The notes under the pieces were generated by a model. The model was not told where the DNA came from. It was given only the letters and a program-made list of their open reading frames with translations, and made no database searches. Positions 12,258-23,600 of a DNA stretch of 64,000 nt are shown here, in pieces. The position numbers and the translations under genes are program-made. Source of the stretch: Oopsacas minuta (Eukaryota > Animalia > Porifera). The stretch covers positions 1 through 64,000 of the forward strand of contig JAKMXF010000210.1 of NCBI GenBank assembly GCA_024704765.1, written 5' to 3'. The number at the start of each line of letters is the position of its first letter. Positions within the stretch are counted from its first letter, which is position 1.

Positions 12258-13521
12258 ATGGCTACTAGAGAGAAATGTAATTTTATTGAATAAATTAAAG
12301 AGAGTAGAAGGAAGATTCGAGTCTGCTTCAAAAGGTCACAAGAAGCCCTACAACTCAGGGAGAGTATCCTCCTCTCTCGCATTGATGAAATAGAGGAAAA
12401 ATATAATAAAATCAGGAAATAAATAAGTTAGTTGAGGCTTTGAATAAAGAATCGAGACAAGCTGAAGTGACTCTCTCTGCCAATTCACTCACTGATGTTC
12501 ACCAAATAATTCATTCAGCTATTGCCAAAAAGATAGGAGAACTGACAGCTGGGACTAACAGTAGCATTGAGTTTGAATGGAACAATCAATTCGAGACTGA
12601 CATAGAACAGCTAGGGAGCATACAGCTTAACAGTCAGACTAACATATCTCCCTCAAGCATTTTCCCTCCTCAAATGAAGCCTGTTATGCCAGACTACAAG
12701 GCTAAACAGCTGCCTACTGCTTACTGCTGCAAGCAATCTTCAGACAATAATGCTCCAGGAGAACTGAACTATTCCAGAGGTATTGCAATACATTACCAAA
12801 CTGGAAACATTTATATAGCGGATCGTGATTACCACCGTGTACAAGTATTTAGCAAAACGGAGACTATCTCTTCATGTTTAGTGAGAAGATGAGCCAACCA
12901 GTAGGTATCTCTATATCTCAGGATAAAGTGTTTGTTACACAATGGAGTGGTCATTGCATTAATAAATACGAGCTAGAAGGAAAACCTATCATGAGTGTTG
13001 GTAGTAAAGGGAATGAAGGAGGTCAGTTCAGCAGTCCACGCGGTATAGATGTCTCTGATAGAAATAGCAATGTGTACGTATGTGATTGGTATAATGACAG
13101 AGTTCAAATCTTAACTGAAGAACTCAAGTTCCATTCAATGCTAGGAAGAGGCTTGTTTAACTATCCACGTGACGTTAAGGTTACAAGAGACAGAGTTTTG
13201 GTGCTAAATTATAGTGATCCGTGTATGTTTGTGTCCAATTCAGATCACGTTCTAACCAACAGACTTATAACTAGAGGTGATGGTAAACAAATAAACAATC
13301 CATGGTGTTTCGACATAGACAGAGACTATAGCATTATTATGAGTGACTACAATAATCACTGTGTGTATGTATTCAATCAGGAGGGAGAACAGATACACAA
13401 ATTTGGGAAGCAAGGTCAGGGTATCGGAGAGTTCTATTGCCCATATGGAATAGTGCTAGACAACACAGGACACATTGTAGTTGTGTGTCAGAAGAAAAAA
13501 CATTATCTGCAATTCTTTTGA
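12258..13521 (+). pseudogene. Coiled-coil + NHL-repeat beta-propeller gene (TRIM-NHL C-terminus-like), disrupted
   Basis: ATG at 12258, TAA at 12291-12293, frameshift near 12408-12412, second frameshift near 12852-12857 joining ORFs 12440-12892 and 12874-13521. NHL repeats: PRGIDVSD..NVYVCDWYNDRVQI, PWCFDID, PYGIVLD. Confidence 0.85.
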
Positions 13522-13632
13522 CTATATCTTTATTCTTTCATTCCTAATGCTAGTTTGTTTTGTTTTGTATCTAATTAGTTCCAATACGTGCATGGCATTC
13601 ATATTAAAAATCAAAGTTGAAACGCTCTAACT

Positions 13633-13851
13633 GAATATCAGTATTCCGTAAGGGTTGACGAAAAGATGATGGCGGGGGAAATTCGTCGTTGTTCTAAAGT
13701 CATTTTCGGGACTCCTGGCTTGGTTGGAGTGGGGAGTTACCATAGATTTAGGGCCTGCTTGGATGTTCCAAGACGAATCTTCTGGCGACCATTCTCCCCA
13801 ACCAATTTACCAACTTTCCGCCATTCGCCTCACCGAATACTGAAAATATTC
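13633..13851. repeat. Degenerate long inverted repeat (old MITE/foldback)
   Basis: Left GAATATCAGTATTCCGTAAGG...ATGGCGG...TTGGTTGG vs reverse complement of the right end GAATATTTTCAGTATTCGGTGAGG...ATGGCGG...TTGGTTGGGG. Confidence 0.45.
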
Positions 13852-13968
13852 GTTTTACATAGCTGAATAATCTATTCGATTGCAACCTTGAATTATGTGT
13901 AAATATACGTAATTATATAAATATCGATTACCGCGTTTATTCGTATAGATTTATCAGTAATTGTCCTT

Positions 13969-15792
13969 ATGTGGACCCTACAAGACTTGTATGAGACAAT
14001 CCAACAATCTAAATCTAACAATTCTCCTCTTCAACATGGTGAGTTGTTACTGCAAACAAACGAATCTCTCACTTATTTAGGAAATGAAGAAGAAATCCCT
14101 CTTATAATGGGTCCTGATATTGAGGGTGTTACTTTATTCTCTTCTAAAAATGATTTGGGAAAGATGTCCTCCCCTCTTGAAGGGTTTAATATTCCAGATT
14201 CCAGGCTAGGGGGATCATTTTCTCAAGAAGCTACAATCTCATCCACTCAAAGTCCAAATATCCCGAATCTCCTTCCCAAATCTCAATCACATTTGATTCG
14301 TAAAAAAGTACTATTTATTGGAGATCACTTACCAGCAAAACTAACATCCTGTAGTTACCAGAATTATAACGTTATCCCAACACAATCTCTCTTCCCTATA
14401 TCCTTCTCTACTGCACAGAGTCTGTTGAATAATTACGTAATTGTAACGAAATCAATTTCCTTGTCTCCTCTCCTGGTTCATTGCTCTCCTCCGAATGTGG
14501 GTGAGTCCTTTAGCATGGTAGGGTCTCATTGCACCCCTCATCCAGACATGAAGCTAGATATTTACAGAACATTTGGACTCGTTTACAAGGGAATTAGAAG
14601 CAAAACTAATCTACTGAAGGAGCTTGATATAGCTAATTTCATTTCTAAAGAATGTCTAATTCCTATTGAAACTAATTGCAAATTTAAAGTTACTTCTAAA
14701 TATGACACTGTATACTTTTCAAATAATTACCGTGTTTATATAACCGCACAATGGAACAACCCTAAATCCCTACTCTCTGCCCCCCCTCTGGACTTTCTAC
14801 CTTCTATAAACTTTGAAATAACTCTCAATAATAAACATTCTCTTCAAACTCTACAGTCTAGAGAACTTAGTTTTTTGAAAAATCTAATTTTCTCTGATAA
14901 ATCCGTTTCCAATAATTCTGAAGAAATTTGTAATTTTTCAGTATCAGATGGTATTTCTAAATGCTTAGAAGATATAAACTCTGCTTCTCCAGATGCTACA
15001 TTTATTCAACAGAATTCTAATGACACTAGGCCATTACTTGACTGTACTGAAATTATATGGACTTTTGTCAGAGAGTATTGTACTCATGAATTTAGCGCAC
15101 TCGCGAATCTTCTCACTTCTCTCATTGAAGGTGTTGTTTCTTGCGAGATTACACCTTATATTCAGCCAGAAAATAATTCGTACTTAGCTACACTGATCCG
15201 TGAATGTTCTCAAAGCAAAGACGTAACCTTATTAACTCAAAACATTTCTGATACTGGTAAACTCACAGATATTGTGATTGAGATAGGAATCTTAAAATTA
15301 TTCGGAGATTATCTTGTTAAACTAAGTAGCAAATCTATACTGAGTATTGATAGTATGACCCAAAAGTTATATCAATTTGATGGTACGAAAAAATTGAAAT
15401 TTCTAACTCTCCTTCATACTCTATGTGAGATAGGAATAATATCAGAATCTCATCTCAAACTATCACGGAATGAAACACGAACTTTCTTATCTACTTTATA
15501 TGATCATTTTGTGAACAAATTTGATGATTTCGATATCAGTGCTACATCTAGGTTAACCTATCACTTGAAACAACGTAGTTCTTCTATTCAAACATTGAAA
15601 GATATTTGTTCTCGTGTTCCTTGTTCGCTATGGCATTTAGAAGCTAATCAAGAGAAGGAGAAATTCTCTGTTTCTTTTGTGAATCGAGAGCTTTTTCAGA
15701 CTACTTCTCCTATCTCAGAGGATCTACTCAATCCTTATTATTTTTATATGCAAAGAATTACATCTTGTGTAAACAGGAGATCAGCTACTTAA
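13969..15792 (+). CDS. ZWILCH: Kinetochore RZZ-complex subunit Zwilch, 607 aa, intronless
   Basis: Motifs match recalled human ZWILCH in order: SPLLVHC (PPLWVRC), WNNPKSLLSAPPL (WSPVDEILQIPPL), RELSFL (RELKFL), LDCTEIIW (LDFAEQLW), ITPYIQPENNSYLATLI (IQPWLHSGSNSLLSKLI), IEIGILKLFGDY (LEIGLDKLKKDY), LHTLCEI. Confidence 0.8.
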   Translation: MWTLQDLYETIQQSKSNNSPLQHGELLLQTNESLTYLGNEEEIPLIMGPDIEGVTLFSSKNDLGKMSSPLEGFNIPDSRLGGSFSQEATISSTQSPNIPNLLPKSQSHLIRKKVLFIGDHLPAKLTSCSYQNYNVIPTQSLFPISFSTAQSLLNNYVIVTKSISLSPLLVHCSPPNVGESFSMVGSHCTPHPDMKLDIYRTFGLVYKGIRSKTNLLKELDIANFISKECLIPIETNCKFKVTSKYDTVYFSNNYRVYITAQWNNPKSLLSAPPLDFLPSINFEITLNNKHSLQTLQSRELSFLKNLIFSDKSVSNNSEEICNFSVSDGISKCLEDINSASPDATFIQQNSNDTRPLLDCTEIIWTFVREYCTHEFSALANLLTSLIEGVVSCEITPYIQPENNSYLATLIRECSQSKDVTLLTQNISDTGKLTDIVIEIGILKLFGDYLVKLSSKSILSIDSMTQKLYQFDGTKKLKFLTLLHTLCEIGIISESHLKLSRNETRTFLSTLYDHFVNKFDDFDISATSRLTYHLKQRSSSIQTLKDICSRVPCSLWHLEANQEKEKFSVSFVNRELFQTTSPISEDLLNPYYFYMQRITSCVNRRSAT

Positions 15793-16005
15793 AATATTTG
15801 AAAAATTTATTCTATCATTTATTTCATACGATCGATTTATTCTGGAAAAATTCTAATATCTTGAACTCCTTGGCATGCAGATAATTATGTTATAACCTGG
15901 TTTGAAATTGTAGCAGTATTGTACTATTAGTGTTGGAATAGTAGTTAATTTACAGTTTGCAAATTCAATCATTTCCTATACATCCATTGTCAATTCTCTT
16001 ATGTA

Positions 16006-17393
16006 CAGTCTGTCAACTTGAAATTGGGAAGATCTTTTTCGATGTTAGAATGTTCCTAATTGCATTTTCAAATTGGTTATCGTAATAATATTGATAGTTT
16101 GTGTTTTTCAACTATTTCTAGTCATTTCTTAACCAACTGAACTTCTCTAGCTGACTGCGGTTACAAAATATTTCAATTTATACTTAGTTACTAATCAAAT
16201 ATTCTATATAAATATTTATCACTTGAATTTCTCGCAACACTTCTATTTCTTCGCTAATAATTCTTTACTTTCATCAATTCAAAACCTTAAAATGAACGAG
16301 CAAGAACAGCGTAACAATATCAAGATACTTTTCGACACAGGAATCACGAATTGTATGGAATTATCTCGAAGAACTGGAGTTCCAAAAAGTACAGTTTAAC
16401 GCACTGTTTACAAATTGAGGAATGCTGAATCCGTTGATAGAAAGATTGGTTCCGGGAAACAGCGTCAGATCAAAGCAAATAACGCTAGATCACTTGTTAG
16501 TTTGGCAATCAACAATCCTAGGTTATCTGTGAGGAAGTTGACTTGCAAATTTAACAAAAGGCGGGGTCTATTGTTCTCACACGAGGCTGTAAGGATTGAG
16601 ATGAAGCGGCGTGGCTTCACCCGCAAGGTTGCTAGAAAGATTCCGATGCTTACACAAATCCATAAGGCTTATCGTGTCGATTGGGCTAAGTCTAACAGAT
16701 GTAGAGATTGGGAGAAAGTGATATTTAGCGATGAGATGTCCATTTGGCTAGCTGGTGGCAGAGTATGTGTCTGGTGTAAAGGTGATTCGAAACCAGTAAA
16801 ACCCAGTACGAAACACTCTCCTAAATTGCATGTTTGGGGAGCGTTTTCAGCATGTGGAACGTTTCCTATCAAGGTTTTCAGAGAAAATCTCACCGGGAGA
16901 CTTTACTGCGACATTCTGCACGAATGTTTAGTAGAACAAGCAAGTGTCTTGTACCCTGATAGATGGGTTTTCCAGGAAGACAACGATCCCAAACACACGT
17001 GCAACCTTGCTAAAGGATACATGGAGGAGAAAGGGATACATAGGATGGATTGGCCTGCTTGTAGTCCGGATTTGAATCCGATCGAGAACCTCTGGCCGTG
17101 GATCAAGAGAGAAATCGATTTGAAGTCACCACGAAATTTAAATGAGCTGGAAAGGGAGCTAAATGAAGTATGGAATTCTTTAGAACATGAATTTTTACGT
17201 CCATTTTGGTCATCGATGCCAAAAAGAGTCAAATTAGTACGGAAAAGTAACGGAAATAAGATAAATTATTAGGCCTACTATATTATTATTGATTGTTTAA
17301 GGATTCTAATAACATATTTAGAATAGAAATACACTAAATGTACTTGTAGCTAGGGAAAAACAAAGATCTTCCCAATTTCAAGTTGACAGACTG
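16006..17393 (+). mobile_element. Complete Tc1/mariner (DD34E) DNA transposon, 1388 bp
   Basis: Perfect 32-bp TIRs CAGTCTGTCAACTTGAAATTGGGAAGATCTTT (16006-16037 and inverted 17362-17393), with TA duplication at 16004-16005 and 17394-17395. Confidence 0.97.
16292..17272 (+). pseudogene. Tc1 transposase (326 codons) with one premature stop in the HTH
   Basis: ATG 16292 MNEQEQRNN...SRRTGVPKSTV*RTVYKLRNAES, with TAA at 16397-16399 in frame with ORF 16415-17272. Catalytic IFSDE, FQEDNDPKH and SPDLNPIENLW, with 34 residues between the second D and the E. Confidence 0.92.
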
Positions 17394-17618
17394 TATATTT
17401 ATTGTTGTTACCATAGCAGCGAGCAATTAATTATACTAATTGTTATGTTTTATAATCTTTCATAGTTTTGACATTTCATTATTTAGAAACTTTTCTCATA
17501 AATTTATCTCGATTTTGTCAGAGTAACCGATTTAAAGTCCCTGATCTACTCGATTGAAATAATCTTTATTTGCGATTAGCATGTAATTTATTTCTATTAA
17601 CGAAACAAAAGAGAGAAA

Positions 17619-20600
17619 ATGCGTTTATTCTTACTGACCTGTGTAATTGTTTTCTGCTTCATTCAACTTGGTAAGTTATATTTTGAAATACAATACAAAT
17701 AAATAAAAAACTTCATATTATCTCTTCCCCAGTTGGATCTCAAGTTCAAACTCTATGTCGCTTCAATAAAGAAAGTCTACCCTCTTTTCTGCAGGAGGGA
17801 GATGAGGCTGTATATGCAGTCGATCTACAAACCCAGCCCCCTACTGGTGTGAATGTTAGTATAATCCTAACTCCAATGGATAGTAGAGTTACTTTTAGAA
17901 CTGATAGTGTCCTTTCATTCAACGCTAGCAACTGGGACCAGAAACAAAGGTTCATATTATTCGGCGTGAATGACGATGATATTCTTGACAGTCCCTATCC
18001 TTCTCAAGTTTTGGTTGAATCTTATTCTAACTCTCTCAACTTCTCCACGTTTGAGGGAGGGACGTTCCCTAATGCTAATATAACACTCCTATTGCAGGAC
18101 TCTGATAGAGGTAGAGATTTCTCGTTTGAAAACGAATTATTATTTATTCATATTTTCAAGATTCTAGGATGATTTTAATAAATGGGGGTGGAAGAAAATC
18201 TAGAAATTTATAAGAGGTCCCGTTTATCCGGACCCCTATGGTACCTTCTTAATCGTATCCAATTATCCATCCCTGGCAATGCAGGTGGCTTCAGTAAAAA
18301 ATTAGAGTGAAATGATTGAATATCATTTTTTACTTCAAAAATTTTTATTCATCATCAGCCAATTTTCTGCACTTGTGGAAAATTATGAAATTATTTCTTC
18401 AATACCCAATTTATGGTTCTTTTAAATCATAATCACTAACTAGTCAGCTGTTGCTGTCTGACCACCTGTGCTCTGATAATTTAATATACTCTCTTATAGC
18501 TGGAGCTGATGTTACAATTGAAGATGATTCGGGCTCTTCTGCTATCCCAGAAGGTAGATTCTCAATATATCAGATACAGATACCTAGTATTCCCAGAGCT
18601 AATGTTACTCTACAGCTGTCTCCAGTACAACCAACAATATACCTGTCAGAATACACTTTCATTTTCCATGCTGGCAACTGGAATATTTCACAAGTTTGTA
18701 ATATCTTTATTTATGAATATTCTTGTGAATTATTAGCTTATTCTATATATTTTCTCTATTAGGCTTTTGCTGTATTCTCTGTGGACGATGAGGTTAACCA
18801 GGGCTTGACATTCCAGTCTAATATAAGCTTTACATTCACATCAGCTGATCCTTACTACTCAGGTCTAGTAGTAGATGAATTTCCTGTCCTGATAGAAGAT
18901 AATGATGAAGATAGTGCAGTGCTGACAGGTGTCATTACCTGGATACAATCAGATGACAGGTATTATTTAACCGTGTTCTAGTAATATACGTATATACAAT
19001 ATACTCCGCTAAGTACAGCTACTAGTTGACTGCTAGATTTCTCACTACCCCGTTGACGGACAGACGGACGTAGCACCTCATCCATACCATTAGGGCATCT
19101 CCCTATAGGAGCTGCACTAAAAATATCCGGTTCTACCTGCTTAATCGGGTCAATTTCCGGTCTCGATGTGACCCTATTAACCCTAAATCTACTATATCTT
19201 ATTAGATATGGAACAGAAATAACCCTATCACTCAGTCTAGACAGATATTACTTCCCATCAGCAACACAGGGTGATATAGTGTTACTAGAAGGAGCTAAGC
19301 TAGACTTTGGAGATGGATCTAGTATTGGTCCTAACATAGAGCTAAATGTTACTAAACTCTACTCTACCAATCTTCTAGCTAGTTTGACTATTTCTCAACG
19401 TTACAGCTCAGCATGTAATCTGGATGGTACTCCTTGGAGTATTCAATTCTCTTATTGTTGTAGAAGTAAGGATTTGATTGTTAATGGATTTACTACGTAA
19501 GTTTATCTGCGTTTATTCAGACTGTCTGTGGTTTAATTTGCCTATGATTCCAATAGGATAATACTTGAATCAGAAGTTAATCTAGCAGAACACAGTTCCT
19601 CTATGATCCCTCTATTCTCTCCTCTCTACGTCAGAAGTAATTCATCAACACTTCAGTACATGTATCTACCTGTAATTTCATCTAACGGACATCCTATGCA
19701 ATTCTCTCTTCCATTCTCACAGGCTTATATCTCATCTCAGGCTGGAGCTCCATCTTGGATTAAGATAGATGAAAACACTGGGCTAATTACATTTAATACT
19801 GCATATCTACCGGTTTCTACTGGATCAACTTGTTTCCTTGTTGATGTATTAGATGTAGTAGCTGATTTAAAGGTAAAATGATTTAACTATGCTAGTTAGT
19901 GTTACACATTAATTTACTAATCTCAAATATTATAGACTACTTTTCAACTCTGTCAACATATGATTAATGAGTATATACCGTCTCCTGTTCTGTTGAATTA
20001 TAACTTTACGAATGCTATCACAACTCCTAGAGTGTATTATGGAGTAGGAGAGACAGTAGAATTGGAGTTTGTAGTTACATCTCAGCTATCTCTTACTATT
20101 GAGCCGATTAATCCTCCAACTAGTGCTAACTATGCTAGTATTAATTCTAATACTCTATATACAGGTTAGTTTGTGTTCATTTTGTGAGATTATGTACATG
20201 AAGATGATACATAACGCTACATAACGCTACATATAATGCTTGAGTGGGTATCGCACTAACACCGTATGTTTCCACTTATTTATGATAGACTTGGCCCGTC
20301 ACTAATGATGGTTACATGAGCTTAATTATGGCTGTATTCTATTTAATATTTGATAATTATCACATATCTATTCAATCGTACAGTTGATTAGCTATTCATA
20401 CGTCTAATTTAAAACAATGCGCTGGAAATTTATATTAGTAATGAGTATGTATATTCTTTTCATGATCCTCCTTCTTCTACTGTACACCCTCGCTAATCCA
20501 AACAGTACTGTACCAATTGCAAAATAAATCTTTCTGATTAGTGTATTGCATTGAAACAATACTATAGGATCTAAGAATACATTTTTCGATATTGTACAAC

Positions 20601-23600
20601 GATGGAAAGGCTGCCAATAGTACAGTACATAATGGATATAGTGATATTTCTGTTTGTTGATTCTTGTCCCGTTTACAGTATAGCCCGTGTAAAATTTATT
20701 GGATATACTGATATTTGGCCACAATTATCCTCGCCCCCAGCGTTATCACTATAACTATTATATACTGTATTATTTATTTGTCCACAGTAGAATTAGCTAC
20801 AATTAAGTCTTTTTGAAACATTTACGACATTTTCCAAAGGCCCTGTTCGGAATAGTGAGGTCTAGCGCTGGTCTACTCACTCCCAATTTATCTAATAACT
20901 AGGTACTAATCAGAGATTTGCAATATTAACAGCGCCTAATGATATATTATTACAATAAATAATTGATAAGTATGCATAACTAGTATATTTTAATTCCGAT
21001 TTATTTATTAACCTTATAAGTAATACAAATATACCATTTCATCAATCATCCATTTGATTCACTTATCTCTGAGATGAATATACCTGGAAAGTTTGGGTTT
21101 CCCCTGCTGGGAGATCAGTCTATAAGCTTTGTTCAGGATCCAATTGGGTTTGTTAATAATCAAGTTAAACTATATGGACCTATCTTCAAAACACGTATTA
21201 TCAACAAACCATTCGTATTTGTAACTTCACAGAGTGGAGTGAGAGAAATTCTTGAAGAGAAATCTGACTGTTTTGAGAGAAATTATGAAGCTTTCCTTGC
21301 TGGACTATTTGAAATGAATATAGCGTTTGTAGATGGTCCAGCCTATACTCGTATACATGAACTGGTTAAACCTGGATTCTCTTCTGATATGCTTAGAAAA
21401 TATCGTGAGGATATTTCTCGTATCACTTTGCAGTTTCTTTCTGAGTTAGATTCATCAGCTCCATTCGATCTCTACCAAACTATGAAACAAGTAATTACAG
21501 AGATTTGTATCTTCCTATTCATTGGTATTGAGAGGAATGATCCCGTGTATCTTAGAACTAAGGAGCTATTGATTGAGCACTGGCATGGTTTGATATCAAT
21601 ACCTCTCCCTATTCGTGTTCCTCTCTTATTCTCATCTGGATACGATAAAGCTATGCTGGCTAAAGAACAACTTATATCTCTATTACGTCATCGATTGGCA
21701 GAACCCTGTGAATTGAGACGTGGTGTATTATCAGCTGTTGATGTGAGTATGTTTGAATCAGTGGATGAAGCTGCTAACAATTTCTTACTCTTCGTGACAG
21801 CTGTCATTCCTAAAGCTATTACCAGTCTCTTAGTTTCATGTTGTTTACAAATGTATTCACCGGAGAACAAACACATACTGGATGCATCCGGAGATGAGCG
21901 TTATTTTGATGCAGTGCTTAAAGAAGTACAGCGGTTGTTCCCTCCTTTCCTGGGTGGGTGGAGGAATGTGCGGGCTAACGTTGTGATTAATGGTTTTGAG
22001 ATTCCTAAAGACTATGGGGTAGTTTACATGGCTTATCATGTGCATCGTGATCCATTGATTTTCCCAGAAGCTGACAAGTTTATTCCAGAGCGTTGGTTGT
22101 GTGAAGAGACGAGAGAAGCAAAACTCTGGACATTTGGAGGTGGAGAGAGAACTTGTCTTGGTAAACACTTGTCCCAGATGATTATCTCTGAGTGTGTGGT
22201 TGCATTGAGAAATAATTTTGTATGTGAGATTGTCCCTGGACAGAATTTGACTTACAAATGGTTACCTGTATCCCGGCCTGTTAATGGAGTAATGGTAGCA
22301 ATGAAAAGATATATTAATATAGTTGACAGACCATTGATAACTAGTGAAAAAGTTAACTCAGAAAAAGATTGATTCTCACTTTTTCAGATATACTTTGTGC
22401 ACTCTTTCTTTAGTTTGCTACAAGAATTTATCCATTGCAGATTTGTGTGTTTTTGTAAAGTATAGAGGAATATATTTTGTAAGATGTAATCTTCTCTATT
22501 GCTTGAGTGAATATGAATTGTTTCAATTAAGTGCAGCAACAAACTTGTACTCTTTGATTAGCCCAAAATTAACAATCCTGAATTGAGTAATAAGGAATTA
22601 TTGGATTTACTACAAATACCATAGTTTCGTAGCAGGTACAATTGAATTAGTCAGGTTGCCCTATACTGTCTATGTTTCCCTTGGGAAATTGGTCCGATTG
22701 AATTTGACCAACCGGACCATCTCCTACGGCCATGTAATATGGTCATCAATTATATTTCTTGCCTGATAGATCTCTTAGATTTGTTATGATAATTCTATTA
22801 CTTAAATTCATATATATTGCCATATATTATATGTCTTCACTTAGCGTAATAGTACTGCTGGCTACTTAGTATAGGCTCTTAACTGTTTGGTAGTGCGCTG
22901 TTGATTAGTATTGTATTACTTGTAAGCCTCCTCAATTATTATTAGAGTTAATTAATCAATTTATGTTGACTCCTTTATTGGCTAAGAATAATATTAAAAT
23001 ACAAATAGATTATTCACACAAAAGTGCTGTAATTTATTGTCAATACTGAGTAGATTAAAATGGCACAAAAGGGGATTGAGGCAGGAAAACGCTACCCAGA
23101 TCTAGATGTATTCTCAATGCTAATCTTGGTTAAGGGTCCGAAGGGAGAGTTAGGAGGATTCACACCTCGCTTCTTTATACAGAAAATAACTGAGCGGTGT
23201 ATGTGTTGCTATGGTGTACCTCGTTCCCCTTATAGTGCTTCTTGTGGTCACAGCGTGTGTCGTACTTGTCTATTCAACTTTGTTTTGACTTCTCATAACC
23301 CTTCCTGCTTCATTTGTCAAACGCCAATGCTGAAAGAAGAGTGCTACCCAGATCTCCCGCTATCGCGACGGGTGAACCAGCTTGAGATCCGTTGTCCCTT
23401 TGTCGCTACTTGTGAATGGATGGGACTTGTTGAACATCTGAGAACTCATTTCAGTATTTGTGCAGGTGTAAACGGATTGTTTCGATCTTGGATGGAATCT
23501 ATACAGGCATTCTTATCCAACCTTCAAAATCGTAGTTCTTTGTTAGAGCGTCGTGTAGATCAGCTAGAGATGCAGATTAGGAAGCATCAAGGAATCTGTC

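Noticed and set aside
20404-20724. 106-aa minus-strand ORF in intron 7 as a fourth nested gene
   Set aside because: No recognisable domain; composition looks like translated AT-rich non-coding DNA.
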